A stretch of DNA of 64,000 bases, from NCBI GenBank assembly GCA_964642015.1, contig CAZXLF010000001.1, positions 43,946 to 107,945 of the forward strand, in the 5' to 3' direction. Source of the stretch: an uncultured Planctomycetia bacterium (GTDB lineage Bacteria > Omnitrophota > Gorgyraeia > 2-02-FULL-51-18). Positions 9,301 through 24,300 of this stretch are shown here, one piece after another; positions within the stretch are counted from its first letter, which is position 1, and each line of letters starts with the position of its first letter. Below the pieces are notes generated by a model. That model saw only the letters and a program-made list of their open reading frames with translations. It did no database searches and was not told the origin of the DNA. Made by a program: the position numbers and the translations under genes.

Positions 9301-12300
9301 ATTGGCAGTCCCGAATGCAAAATCATATTTTGGAAAAATTGCCTCAGACCTCTACAAAAGAAACCCAGTATTTCTTTGGATTGCCGCAAGGCTATGTTGA
9401 AGAAAAAACTCATCCTGAGGGCGCGCGGTTAGCTGAGGAAAATAAGATACAATTTGTAACCGACAAAACTCAATATCCAAGACTGATCGTCAGTGTCGAA
9501 TCTTTAATAAGTCAATATGAAAGCGTTGACAAAAATGTCTCTGAAATGCTGCCAAATATTCAAAGCGATCTGCAAAACCCGCTTGCGGTATGGGTGGTCC
9601 GGGATGCTTTTAACCGCATCATCGGATTTAAAACTCTGAAAAAACCCCAATTTATCCAAGGCCTGACACAAGAAGCTCAAGATTTGATCAATGCGGGAGA
9701 AGGAATTGTTACCGGAGGATTTGTTGTGATGCCTGAAGCTCAAAGGCAAGGCCTTGGAAAACGTCTTATGGAGGAAAGCTTCCGGTACATTCAGGGTCTG
9801 GAGAAGCAAAATATACGCTACTATCTTGCCAGCATCGCATCTGACAATGCAGCATCATTCCGCGCTATTCACAGCGTTGCCGCTCAAATGGGTTTGACGA
9901 TGTACGGCCCATTCGTAAATGAAGGAAGCCGTCAATATGAATATTTGATAGATGTTTTTCCTGACAAAGCGCTTGGCGGACAAGCGGCCAATTTAATACA
10001 GCGTATGAATGCACTTCCGTCGAGTACAAAGGAAGCATGGGATCAGGCACAGCAAATAGCTGCTGGTAAAAGCGGCGGCTCCGCAACAGGCGCTCGTCTG
10101 ACCGGCACTTCAATCCAATGGGGAGACCAAGCGCCTATGCCTAATGCGGCTGCACACTCTTTGGCTTTTAAATCCGAAGATGAGATCGCCAAATTTATTC
10201 CCATCTGGCCTTTCGGTCCCCGAGTAACAGTCCGCAAAAATTCAGACACTCACATAGCGCTCTCCATTCGAGACAAGCGATTTAACATGATGACGATCGA
10301 ATTAAAACAAGATCCGTCAGATGAACATATGGTTTTTCTGGGGCATGGGCGGCCTGTTTATTCGGATCAGAGCTTATTACCTTCCGGGACGTCGACGGCA
10401 TCCTCAAATGCAGAGGCTTCAAAGCAGATTTTGTCACCTTTGATCAGAAATTGGATGAACAAATTTCTGCCCGATTGGTTGCTATCGAGAGGCTACAACA
10501 AGATCAAAGTTCAAATTCTATTTGATGATTCTCCGGAATTCTTTGATCGATTGGGCTTTAGAAGGCTGGACGACATGCATATGGTAAAAGACATCACACC
10601 TTCCCAAGGAGCTAGATTGGCGAAATCGACGATTGCGGGAGTGGAGTTGCCATTTGTTTTTTCCGATGCTGTCGGAGCCAATGGATTGTACGAGAGCATT
10701 ATATCGGATGCTAACGATGTGGCCGAGCAATTGCATAAATACATAGCCGAAACTTCCCGCACTAACCGAGAGATCGTGGATACTTCCACGTTAGCCATGA
10801 GTTCCGTAGCGCAAAGCGACCAAGTATTGCCGACGGTCTATATCGGAGATTTGCATGGAAGACTCGATGTTTTGTACGGCATTTTAAATGACGTGGTCGT
10901 CATTGATGGCAAAAAAATGAAAATCATCGAAGCGCTTTTAAACCGTCAGATTAAACTGCGTCAAGTGGGCGATAGTATCCACCCCGCCACAAGTAATAAT
11001 TATGAAAATAAAGAGGAACATTTAAGGAGTTTTGCGACTTACGTTTTTCTGATCACTTTGAAGAACCTTCGGCCAGATCTGGTGGATATTGTGATCGGTA
11101 ACCATGAAAATTCTGTGCTAAGCCGAGCGACTGTAGGTAAAAAAGTGCAGGACCGGTTGTTAAACTTAGGTGCATTTTTTAAAGAATCGATTGAGGATAG
11201 AAATAGCTGGCGAGGAAATGATTGGACGCAGATCCAATTCATGGACGACCAAAATCAAATGGTGACCTACAGCGCTGCCGAGACCGGCCAGCTATTGTAT
11301 GCCTTGTTTGCCAGAAGCGTAGAAGACCTCCCCGTCTATGTAAGGGATAAAACTTTTGACTCGACAATAGGAATGCTACACGCCGAAGTTCCATCAACAG
11401 ACACTGTTTTTACTTTGACTGATATGAAGGATGTATTGAGCAAGCCCTATTTGGAAGCGCATGGCATTGATCCTGATTATCTGAGGGACGCCCCTAATCA
11501 GCTTTATCAGCAGTTGCTATGGAACCGGAACTTTCAATATGACCCCCCGACAGGAGTGAAGTACTTAAACGCTTTTGCGGGTGATCCGCAAAAAGGAGCC
11601 GGGCTTATTTTTTCGGGCCACACACCTCCTTCGCATTTTTCTGATATGCCCGCAGAAGGAGTGTTGGTCTTGAAAGATCAGGCGGTCCCGCTTTTTGTCA
11701 CCATCAAAGATCCTCAAAGCGAAGCCAAACAGATCATTGGCGATGCCAGCGGAGATTACGACAGGGTCGGATACCTTTTGGTTGATGCCAGAAAAACTTT
11801 ACCATCTAATCCGCTCGATTTAAAAGCCCCTGATGATACTTCAGCTTTCAGAATTTTGGACCTTCAAGGCGCGTCTTATGTTTCAAGGCCTTTCGATATT
11901 GGCGCAGTACGCGCCGCAATTCCGGCATACGTCCCTACACCTGCCGATGCCAGGCAAGATCCGCGCATTTTTCGTGCGGGCACGCTTTGGTTCAAGATCC
12001 GGCTTCTAGGTGATGGTAAAATAATTTTGATCGACCCAGCTAGCAATGCTCCTTATGTTTCAACCGTCGCATCGGAAGTTTTCCCTGGCCATCCCTATCG
12101 AATAGGCAGAAATGTGGATTTTGAGGGCACGTTCCCCAATATCAATACTGTCTCCAGAACGCATGCGGAAATTATCAAGGATGGAGATGAATACAAGCTG
12201 GTGGATACCAATTCCAGCGCCGGAACTTTTGTAGGCGCTAAGCAGATCGTGAATCAAAATCCGGAAGTCTTGAATTTTGGCCCGCAGGGCGCCCGGTTGG

Positions 12301-15300
12301 CAATAGAACGGAATGAGAAAAGAGAAGATCTTGCTCGACGTCAAGCGGTGGACCGGATCATTGGTGATGTCACGGATTACATTAAATTCGAAAATGAAAT
12401 GAATAAGATCATCGATAAGATCAACCAGGGGATTCCGTTGAGCCAAACGGATGTGATCCGGTTGCAAGATAAATTAGCTTATCGTCTGCAGCTCAAAAAT
12501 TCTCTCGTGACGTTAAGAATAAAGGTGCATCAAGGCGATTATATCGTGGCTTTCAATCAACTCGGCCTTAAAACTCTGAACGATCTTCTCGGCACACCTG
12601 GCAATGACCGGGTCATTGCCAAGAGGCAGAATCTATTGATCAAGCTGATGACAGAAAATGGCTTGATTTCCTCTGGACGTAGCGAACGTTTAGAAAAAAA
12701 TTATAAGCAGGATAAATTCGTGATCCGGTCTTCAATCATCAGTAAACTCGGGATCGAAGAGGTCCAGAGAAGGTTGGATCTGGTATCAAAGGCTCTATCT
12801 GATCGGATGTCGAAATTTTTGATAGATGAGTACGGTAAAGAAAAAATGGTCAATTTTAAGTTTCAAACCTTGTATGGGATCAGCAATAAGGTTGAGAACG
12901 AAGATGACCAGGCCAAGATCACGTCAGACATTCAAGCGCTGCAGGCTTCAAAGATGGGCAGACGTCTTTTTGAAGAAAAACAAGTGAACGGTGAGCTTAT
13001 CTACGGAGCGAAGTTCAATCAAAATCAATTTGATGCACTGCAGCGCAGAGCTGCTTCTTTGGCGGAAGATTTAGGGATAACGCCTCGTCATTTTTTAAGC
13101 GAGATAGAAATGTCTGCGGTAAGAGGGATTTCCGAGGTGCAGATCCGGCAGGCGGTTTCAGACAAACGGATGCTCGAAAGAGATCTAAAGATAAAAACTT
13201 ACCTTGATATCATTGATCTGTTCGATTATCCGAAGACTTGGCCCGGGGCTGTCAGCGAGCGCACCGTTCGCGTGGATGAGATCCAGGCTTTGGTCGAGCT
13301 GTTTTTGAAAAATGTCAAACCGCGCGCGCCTCCGGACCAGCAGTGGTCAGTTGCAATACAAAAAGCTTTGGCTATTCTCAAAAGGAACTCAAAAAATCCT
13401 TCCATTACATCCGGAGAAGCGTTCCATGCTTATGCATCCGGGATCTCCGCCGCTGATCAGGAAAAAGGAAATGTCCACAATCATCGCTTTGTCGCCGTTG
13501 ACGTCATTGGATTTTGGGCGAGCATTCAAAGAAATCTGGGGAGAGCTCACGCGGCGTATTTTGATGCGATGCAACGAAATGCGCCGTCCGTTCAACGCCG
13601 TCAGGTACTTACTGACGAGGTATTGAAGGCTGACGACAAAGTGAAGAAGATGATCGCCGGTAAGATCAGACAGATCGACGGTTTCGTGAAGGCTGTCGGA
13701 GTTGAGCCTGAGAAAATGACATTGAACGACGGCTCTAAGGTATCAGCATTTTTCCAAGAAGGCGGCGACGAGATCGTTTTTATGATCCCGCCCAGTTTTG
13801 ATCTCAAGAAGACCAACGAACTTTTAGCCAAGATCCGTGCGCGTGGAATGGCCGCAGAAATCAGCTTTCAAGATCGTCCTGAACAGTCAACAGTGGCGCT
13901 CGGCCTTGCCCTTACCGAAATTAGAGCGGATGCTTTCGGAAGACCTTTCCAGAGCTCTCAAGCCGTTCAGGCGATCGATGCTTTTGTTAACGCCCAAAGC
14001 GCTGACGGATTGGCAAAGGAAATCGAAAAAGCGGGCGAGAAAGGTTTTGTTTCCTACGAGATCGTCAATCAGAATCAAAAAGCGAAACTTGTCCGCGAAG
14101 GAAAAATGACTGAGGGGAAGGACCGTGCATGGTTTGTTTATCGGCAAGCAGGCGCAGCCTCGCGGCGAGAGTTTTACGCAGATTACGCGAATAAAGTTCT
14201 AGCCGGAGCTCGTTTGGCATTCAAAGACTCCATGTCACAAGCGAATGAGCATGTCCAAAAAGCGCTTGAGATCATTAGAACAGCAGACCTGTTCTCAAGA
14301 ACGGATGTTGAAACTGCGCTAGAACAGATAGTTGAACAATTATCTCGAGTCGAGCAAATTCTTGCAGGCCAGAATGTTGATGAATCTGATCTGCTCCCAA
14401 TTCAGGCAAGACAAGATCTGGTGCAGGCCTTCTTGACCGCTATTTCGGTAATGAGAGACATCGATAAACTTACCGGGCTTTCGCTTGATCAGCGTTTGGA
14501 GCTTATCGGACAGTTAGCTAGAAGCGGATACAGCATTAATGATGCTTATAACGCTCTCTACGGAAGGCCAATAGGCGCTCGCCTGGCATCCCTGAGAGCG
14601 AAGTTGGTCGTTGCTTTTGCAGCTCTTGCAGGTGTCATTGCATTGATCTCCTTTGCGCCGAGACAGGCGCCCATCAAAGCCATAAAGCCTGCTCAGATCG
14701 AACGCATTGAGTCTAAACCTGCGCCTCAGCAGACAGAATCGCAAAAGACGATTACAGAAAAAGAACAGAAACCCGCAGACTTGCAAATATTGAAACAACA
14801 TGCGGAAGAACTTAAGAAACAATCCGATGATTTAAAGAAACAATCCAAAGTCCTTGAAAACAAAGCCATTTATCTCCAGAAAGAAAAAGAGCGGTTTCAA
14901 GAGAGTTTCAATTACCTTCAAACGGTTTATCTGCAGCAAATGCAAGTAAGCTGGTCTCTTGTCGGCGGGTTGAACCCAGAATCCAAGGTTGGGACAACGT
15001 TTGTTGATACGACCATCAAATTATTAGGAGGAGAAACTCTCAGAGTCCGTCAGGAACATGGCGTCTATCGTTTTCCAGAAGGATTTAACGTCCAAGATGT
15101 AAAAAGCAACGCAGCTTTTTCGCTGAATGAGAAAGGTATGATAACGGATCAATATGAAAATCTGGATAGCTTACCGGCTGAGATCCGTAAGGATCTGGAT
15201 GATATCAAGAAAGGATTTGCGTATCGCGGTCCGCAGTTCAGCGATCTGGCTTTGAAGCTGAATTCGGCTCTGGGTACTACCAATTTTAAAGCCAGTCATA

Positions 15301-18300
15301 TCCAGGAAATGCAGGGCCTTATCAAAGCCGGCTCATCTGTGGTTCAAGCTATTCAGAGCGTGGCCGATAAAGAGAGGATCACGATCAATACTGAAAATCT
15401 GAAGTCTGTGCCTGTCGAGCGTTTCGGAGCGTTGCTTCCGCACGCCGGCAGAGTCTATGCAAGGTATTTCGATTATATGATCGTTGATAAAAATCGCCAG
15501 ATTGTTGCGGCTTTTCGCAGAAAAAATTTGGAGAAAGGCGCCTCATTCAGAGATTTAGAAGTATTTCCCTCTTCTTTTAAAGATGAGAATCCGCTGCTTT
15601 TCGGAAGTTTTTTCAGCTATGACGAAAAATTTCCTGCTTCGATAGGGCGGACCCCGACGGATAAACGGGGTTATGAAATCGCCCAGAACAGCAATAATGA
15701 ATATCTTAAAACCTCTGAAGGAGTGCCTCTTTATTGGTTCAATGAGGATAAAGAAACGGGAGAGTTATCTGTATTAGACCGCGGCCGATACGCGCTAGTG
15801 TTCTTATCAGGAGTACGGCATCCGCTTATTCCGGATAAAAAAGGACCCATTAGCTATGATAACGGCACTCAGGTGACACATTTTAAAGTTTTGCCTGATT
15901 TATTTATCATCTCGGGATCACAAAGACTTCTTTGGACCAACCATTCAACTCTTGAAGGCCGAACAGTCGAGAGATATGAGAAGGCTTTGAGGGAGGGGGC
16001 GTGGTTTGCTCCTATAAAGTCCCGTAAGATGGCAGGGTGGAACGTACGTCCGCAGAATCAAGCTTTATACCCGTATTTTGAATCCCAAGAGAGCGACAAA
16101 GATAAGATCAAAGAAGAGACCGCTGAATTTGCGCGGAGAGAAGCCGAATTAAGACAGGCAATAGATAATGAGTCAAAAAAGCCTAATCCAGATTCTGAAA
16201 CATTGAAACTTCTGCAAAATGAGCTGAAAAGGCTAGGCACGCAGCATTTTATGATAGATGCAGATGGTTATATGCATGCAAGAACTCTGCCGTGGAAGCA
16301 TCTGCCGGGGGAGATGGATCGTATTGGGAATGAGCTCAGGGAAGTCGAGGGACAGAAAAAGGAAGCAGACGCTAACGAGGCAAAGATTAATGAACAGATT
16401 CAGGAGGCTTTGCAACAAATAGAAAAAATAGAAAAGGGCGCACTTCCTAATCCTTCACAAGTTGCTCCGGCCGGAGCGCGCCTTGCGGAAACACCAGGCT
16501 TCCTTTCTGAAAAATTGTTGGTCGAAGTAAAGAAAATAAATTCGCTCCGAGATCTCGATAATATCAATCAGTGGTTATCTTATGAAATCGCACAAAATCT
16601 GATCACCCCTGAACAGGTGGTAAATGCGTTGGCAAGTATTATCGATGATCATGGCAATGATGAACTCCGAGGGCCTTTTAAAGATATTGCTGATGCGGTT
16701 CAGAAATTGGTCAATGATCTGGAATCTGAGATGCCCGGATCTTTTAAAGATCAGTTGCACCGCATCTTGTTCAGCGATAAGAATTCGGTGAAAGAGATCA
16801 TGACTGTTATCAATCCGGATGGAATGCACATGAGGCCTTCTTATGGCGTAGCCCGATTATCATCAAAAATTAAAGATGAATTGAGTCTCGATGTTTATAT
16901 TCAAAATCTGAACAGGCATCAAAACGAGATAACGCATGCAAGCGAATCACTGTCAATGCAGGCTTTGGGAATTGAGCAGGGAGCGCAGATAAGGATCATC
17001 GTAACAAAGAGCGCTGATAAGCAATTATTGGCGAACGTTATTCAGATCATAAAAGATTTCCTTTTGGATGTCGCTGCACAACAAAATCCAGAGAGCCAAT
17101 TGGAGCCCTATCTAAATAGGATAAAAAATCTTGGCCAAACATCCAATAACGGCGCACGGCTTGCAGAGGCGGAGAACCAGGGAGCGATCTCCAAGGTAGT
17201 TCAATCTTTCTGGCGATCATATCGACGGGCTACTTATAAATTTTTACAAGCGCCGTTGCGCGTAGATGATCTGATCATTGCCGTCAACATCATGGATCTT
17301 GGCGCAGAGATCGAAAATGGCAGGGTGGTCACCAAAGACGCATTGAAAAAATTAAGGGAACTGATCCCTTCACTGAAGAAAATGGGCGCCGGTAAGGTTT
17401 ATATTTACGGTGGACTTTATCAGATGAGCGGTATTTCAAAAGGACTGCACTCAGACCCGGGTTTAAAACCCAGAACCGAGAATGGAGCCACTGTGGTCGC
17501 CGGCTATGACACCAAAAAAGAGACCGTAGACGGTATTGAATTCACCGATCGTTTTGGCAATCCTTTCTCAATTATGGGCATGGAAAATTTTAATCCTGAA
17601 CTTTCCAGCGGAAATGCCGAGCAGGATTACGCGAAAACCGTAGAGGCTCTGAAAAAAGAAGGCATTGAAGTTGTCGCGGATCTGGTTCCTTGGCTTTCGC
17701 CCAGCGCGATCAACGAGACGAATTACAAAGCAACATTTTATAGGGAGCTTAGCGGTGGATTGAATGACGAATTTCGAAGTGTGTCCGAAGAAAATAAAGT
17801 GAAATGGCTTGACGAAAAGGTCTTATCCAACAATCCTGGCTATGCCGCTGTTCGTATCAAAGAAAGAAATAATCAAGGCGCGCTTCAAGAAAGGGTCATT
17901 TTGGTCAAGCGTCTCGGGTTTTTTGGAATAGACAGCGGTGACCAAGTCATATTAAATCCTTTTCATCCGTGGACGCAGCAATATTATACGGATGCGGTCA
18001 ATAAGCAATTAAGTTTGGGAGTCAAAAATCTGCGCATTGATCTCGGCCATTTGGTCTTGAAGCGCCACATTCTCGGCTATTTTGATGAAATGCGAACAAA
18101 ATTATCCTCGGAAGGAAAAAGCATGGAAGATTGGCTCAGAGAAGCCGGTACTGATATCCAGCCTGGAGAAAGTTTTGACAGCTGGTTTCACAGATCTCCC
18201 GAAGTGTGGCGCGAAGTGATGGACAGGATCAGCGCCGATAAAACCCATGGCTATGATTATAAAGACATCAACCTCATCACTGAATCATATGATTCAAGTC

Positions 18301-21300
18301 CGAATGGAGACCAAAACGAGCTTTTTTTGCAGGGGGTGAAGAGCGGATATCAGATCAATTTCTTTAACGCTTTGTACGGGGTTCTTCGGAATGGCTGGTC
18401 GGCCAGGACTTTGAGAGATGCGGTCCAATTTGTGGTCAATATAAAACCTAGAGGCCTTATTTTCCCGACTAACTTTGATCAAACGCGCTTAGCAAGAATG
18501 GGACGAACCAGTGCCGGTGCGCTCCCGCTTAGCCTTGTGCTGGCGCATCTGGGAGTGCCTACGATGATCGATCTGGCGGATATCATGGGACTTCAGGGCC
18601 ACATGATCCCTATCCCCGGAGGAAATCACGACCCGAACGATGCGCATGCTCATCCCTATGTTACTTCAGATGATCTTAAGATGCGCAGAGATTTTGATTC
18701 ATTCAAGAGGGCGTTCGAAGAGAACAGTTTCATAACACTCTTCGACGAATTTCGAGGTAATGTCAGGACTGCGGAAGAAAAATATATCCAGATCCTCAAT
18801 AACAGCAATCTGGACCGTTACTTCACTTTGGCGTGGAAAGACGAGAGAAATGATTGGACTATTTTTATCTATGATACCAGGCCTTCGGAAAACAAGGGCG
18901 CTGAAAAGATCGAGTTGCCGTTTTCTGGAGATGAAACAGGATTCGCGGCCGCTGATTACGAAGCCTATGACTCTAAGACCGGAAAACAACTTGAAATATC
19001 TCGTTGGGAGCCCAGCAGATCCGATTCTGCGCCAATTGTACAAATAAATTTTGGGACCGAAGATCAGGGTTCCCAGTATCGGTTTATTCAATTGGCAAGA
19101 ACGCGCTATGTCCGTGAAGAAAGAAGACCGGTTGTTGAGCCATTGGATCAGGCCAGAGCGATGCTGACCCATTATTTGCCCGGTCAAAGATTGACGGAGC
19201 TTTCTAGGATTGTTGAAGAAGACCGTTTTGATCCGTTCCGAAATCAGGCTTTGCTTTTTGCGCTGCTGGATGAATATTTCGGTGTCAGAGCAAGGGCAGC
19301 GAACGTGATTGCCGGACGCAATTTCGGGCGCAGCGTGGCTGTCCCAGTGCGGGAGCTTTTATCTCATCTCGAAGATCCGCTTCAGCCGATCCAATTTTTC
19401 AATCAACAGCCGAAAATGATCAGGGACGTTGTTTTTGATCCGAAGCGAGGCGCAAGGAATTTGCGCTACGCGCTTTTATTTTCATTGGGAAAAATGTTGG
19501 CGGAACATCCTTCGAGAAACGAACAGATGTACATTGACCACTTGAGGGCTGAGCTTCGAAGGCAATTACAAAGAGAGACTCAAACATGGGATCAAAATAA
19601 GGATACTGAACTTCAACAGGTCGCAGCGGACCGCGATATGGCGCTAGGCCAAAATGAAAAAATGAGCCTGCTTGAAGTCTTGAGAACGGTCGTGTTGCGC
19701 AGCCGTAATTTTTCGGATGCAGAGAAAGATAAATTTCAATGGGTACGCGAGTCAGTGAATCAAATTTACCCCGAAACACAGGGAGATGAGGTATCCGACA
19801 TCATTTATAAACCTTACAGCGCCGCTGAAAACGGCGCACGGTTGGCTAAAGAAAAACCGACAGGAAGTATGTGGCATGATACCGATCTTCATGCGATTCA
19901 GGATTTTGTTAAAAAGAACAAAGGGCCTAAGCTTATTTTGATCTCAGGGATCGGTCCCGGTGTGGGAAAATCCACGCTTTTGAGACAAATGAGAGATGGA
20001 AATATCGATATCGGTCTGACCCGCCGCGATGAAAATTATTTTGCGGAAGGCAAGCAATTTGCCGACCTTTACAATGATTTTAGAACGGGCGAGCAAACTT
20101 CCGGAATATCGGATTATTCAAATCTACCGCTCCGTTTGCTGAGGTCAGACTATGATAAGACTCTTTTATCCAAGCCCTTGGCTTTTACCCATGAGATCGC
20201 GGTCGGCAGCTTTTTGACGTTTGTGTATGATCACGGGAAGGAACTTTTCTCCCCAAGGAACGACCGTCTCGTCGCGATAGAAGACTTTGGGACACATGGC
20301 TGGACCTCTGATCAATTGCAATGGCAGGTGTTGGCAAAAGAAAAGAATAAGTTGCCGGAGAAATTAGCCAACGCCTTCTTGAACATTTCGATCCTAAAAA
20401 TATATATCGATAATGACCCGCTCGATGCTGCCAAGCGCCGCATGGCATTCGAATCCACAACGATGCGTCAGGAAAGAGACGTCTACATTTCCCGGTCATC
20501 CGGCGCCAGATTGGCAAATGGAAATAATGTTCGATTTACTTTGATCGGCGGTGATCTGCCCGGAAGCGGAAACGCGATCCTGTTGAGATTGTCCGGAAAC
20601 AAAGCGGTGCTTTTGGATGCCGGCATTAAGTCCGATAAAAGACGAGTGTTAGAACAAGCGCTTGGGGCTGATAAATTAGCTGCCGTGATCATCACGCATG
20701 CACATTTGGATCATTCTGCCGGGGCTCCGTGGCTCCATCATTTTTATCCGGATGTTCCTATAGTCGTTTCTGAAACAACAGCCCGCATTTTGCCGCCGCT
20801 CTGGGACGATAATCTGCAATTTCAGGCCGGTGAATCGTGGAAAAGCACCAGGCACCATAATGCCGAGACAATGAGAGCGCTTGCGAAATTGCCGGTCGGT
20901 CAATGGTTCAAAGTAGACGACGATCTAAAAATCTATTTGAGCCATGCTGAACATGTGCCGGGCGCGGTCTCATTATTTTTAGCGACACGGAACGGTAACG
21001 TTCTTTATACCGGTGATACGTCCACCTCGGGGCAATTGACATTAGTGCCCAACGAGATTCTGCCGCCTCAAAAAGAAGCCGACACGCTGATCGTTGAAAC
21101 GACGAATGGCGGTCGAAATTTCGGACCGATCGAGGACAGAAGAGAAGAACTTATTCGTGAAGTCAAAGAAACTTTTGAAAAAGGCGGTAAGGTCCTGATA
21201 CCCGCTTTTGCGGTCGGTCGTTCAACGGAAGTCGCGATGATCCTGCAGAAAGCGATGGAAGAAGGAAAGCTTCCTCGCGCTACGATTTATTTGGATGGTA

Positions 21301-24300
21301 TGGCCCGAGGCATTGCGAAACAATTGCAGAAGGATCCCGATTTTCCCGATTTGCAATCCTGGTTTGAGCCGGGAAGTCTTGTTCAGGAAATGGTCGAAGA
21401 CGGTCAGAGATCGGCGGTAATGCGGTCCGGAGATCCGGCGATTTTGATCGCGGGCTCGGGAATGCTGAACGGCGGCTCAGCGCTCCGTTATTTGGCAAAT
21501 CTTATTGAAGACCAAAAAAATAAAATTATTCTTGTTGGTTATCAAGCCGCGGATTCTTTTGGAAAGATCATTCAAAGCGCTTCCTCGGGAGATAGAGTGA
21601 CCTTCCCTCAGAAAATAAGGCCGGTTGTCAAGATACCCGGAAGAAATCCTAACGATCTTGATTTTAGTTTGAACGCTGAAGTCAGGACGGTTTCGTTCAG
21701 TGCGCATGCGGGACACGATGGTTTAGTCGAGTTGATCTTGGGCGTAAATGCCAAAAATGTTTTTGGGGTGCACGGAAGCGATCAGGCAAAACAAGCTTTG
21801 AAGCAGGATCCTCGATTGAGTGGTGTCAATTTCGTTGAAGATTGGCAACTCGGACAGGAAAAAGATTTTCAAGCACCAGCGTCAAGAGCGGAAGAGTTTT
21901 CCGCTATTCAAGCGGAGCCGCTGCCTAAACCCGGCAAGGTTATACATCCTCTCGAAGACTTGGTCGCTGAAAACGTGCAAGAGTGGTTGAATCATTTCCT
22001 CGATATTGGAGCTTTGAGCTCGGATCAGATTGAGCGGATCGGAAGGGTCATCGATTTTCTCGAAGGTTATTTTAGAGTTGCCACGAGCGTCCAAAAGATC
22101 GAGGGGCTTTGGATAAAATTTTATGAAGCGTTCGAGTCAAAAAATCCAGCGACCGATCTTTTGCAATGGCTGGACGATCTCAAGTCGACAAAGAAAGTGA
22201 AGGTTCAAACCGTTAAGGCCGAGAAAAAAACCCGGACACCCGAAGAGATTATCGATGGGGAAGTGGCCGGATGGTCTGACAGTGTCAGAACTTTTTTGGA
22301 TATTGGATTACCTGAGGGATCAGCCCCTCAAAATATCAATGCTTTAAAAGGAGAGGTTCACCGGATCTCGGAATTTTTGCAAGGCACTGATTATGCGGAA
22401 CGCGCTCAAGATCTTTTTGATCGAGTAAGTCATGTCACAGAAATGAGCGAAGCGGCCCCATTTTTAAATTCGTCCCGGCAATGGGCTTCGGCTTTTATCG
22501 AGCAGATTTTGACCGCTTACTGGAGCCAGAATGTCGCTCGCGGTCAGTTGCGCAGAAGTTTGCAGCAAAATGGTACGGTTAGCCGTTGGCATAGCCAGGT
22601 TACGGAGAACAACACGGGATGGCAGTGGCTTAAAGAATCTTATCTTTGGTCGCAACGCTTTGAATCGGCTGGGACTGGAGATCCGCAAACTATTTATCCG
22701 GCTGTCAGAGGGTATTTCGAAAGGGCTATTACGACTGCTGAGCTTGAAGTCTTAGCGAATCAATTGGAAGCCGAAGTCAACGCGCAAGGAATAAATGCTG
22801 CCTGGGCTAGAATTTTGGCATCCGGACCAATTCAAGGCGCAAGACTTGCGATGAATGAACAAGAAGCTACAAGATTTTACGGAAACATCGCCGAATTATT
22901 TTTCCAATCTGCCTATCAATTGTTAAAGACATCCGATGAGTTGGGATTACCTCAAGTTCCCGGTTTTAATCAGTATAGTTTTCTTCTCAGTTATGTCGAC
23001 AGAGCGTTAGAAGGATTTTTAAAGGAAAGACAGATCACAAAGATCCAAAGAGGTATCGATAATATTTTGAGACGGCTCGATGAGCTTAAAGCAAGATCCT
23101 CGGCTTACGAAACCAATGACAATGTCCGCCAGTTCGAAACAGCCTTGACTTTACTGCAGCAAGATCTTTCGGAGATTGAAACGTCTGTGGCCAGTGACCG
23201 TTATACGATATTGGCTCATCTTTCGCCCTATCCTATGGACCTCAGCACAACAGCGCTTAGTATCCAGCAGATTCTGGAAAAGTACTTCGCCATTTTACAG
23301 AATTGGGCAGATCAAATGCAGATGTTGTATGAAGAGCGCAATATTTTTTACAAGTCTGAGGAGTTGTTGAGCGAGATCGCGGAAGGGGCTGATACTACAG
23401 AAAGTCCGTTCTCGGGATGGGCCATTTCGCTGAGGGACAATATTGTTCCGCAACTAGTTGATCTCGATAGATCGATTGGATATGAGGGGGATCGTGAGGT
23501 TCACGAAGCGTTCGCGGCGGTTGGTGAATCGTTGTTGTCTTTGGCGACTTATTTACGCATCGCGGCTTTGGTTAAACAAGGCGGAGCTGAAAATGCCGGC
23601 GCGCGATTAGCAGTACCGCTGAGCAAGAGCGCTGTATTCGCAACACTGGAAGATAAATTTCCTTTGGCGGTGATCGCTGTGAGTGCCGATGCTGTGAGCA
23701 GAAGGAACCGATATCTCGATGCTGTACCGTTTGCTTCGTCAGGTCCTTTTGAATATTCCTTCCGTATGGGGCAAGTCAACGATGAGTTGTTTTTCCACGG
23801 AGTAAGAGAGGCAACAAAATTTGCGGTTAAAGAGATCGTTAAGAACTGGCTCCATGTTTCAGATCAGATCAGTATCAAGAGCCCGGCCCGTTTGCGGATG
23901 AGTCATGATGATAAGGAGCTGATATTAGAATTTTTTAATCAAGGCCGTGCGTTCGATTTTGGATCAGCGACAGGTTATGGGGTGAGCGGTGCGCCGGGCA
24001 TCAGACGTCTCGGCGGAGTTCATTTCGGTTTCGGCATGGGACTGTTTTGGACCAGGATCCTGTTTGAACAATTGGGTCTCGGACACATGGAAGTGCATTC
24101 CGGAAATAAATTATGGCTTATCGATAAAGGGCATTTTGAAACAAGATCCGCCAGCTTCATAGACGGTACGTACATCATGCTGAATATTCCTCTGAATGCG
24201 GGAACGGTTCAGAAAAAACGAGAAATGAAATGGGAGGATCTGGTCAGGGAAGGTTATATGATCTCGGTTTCGCCGCTTCAGCAAGTGTTCGAAGGGATTT

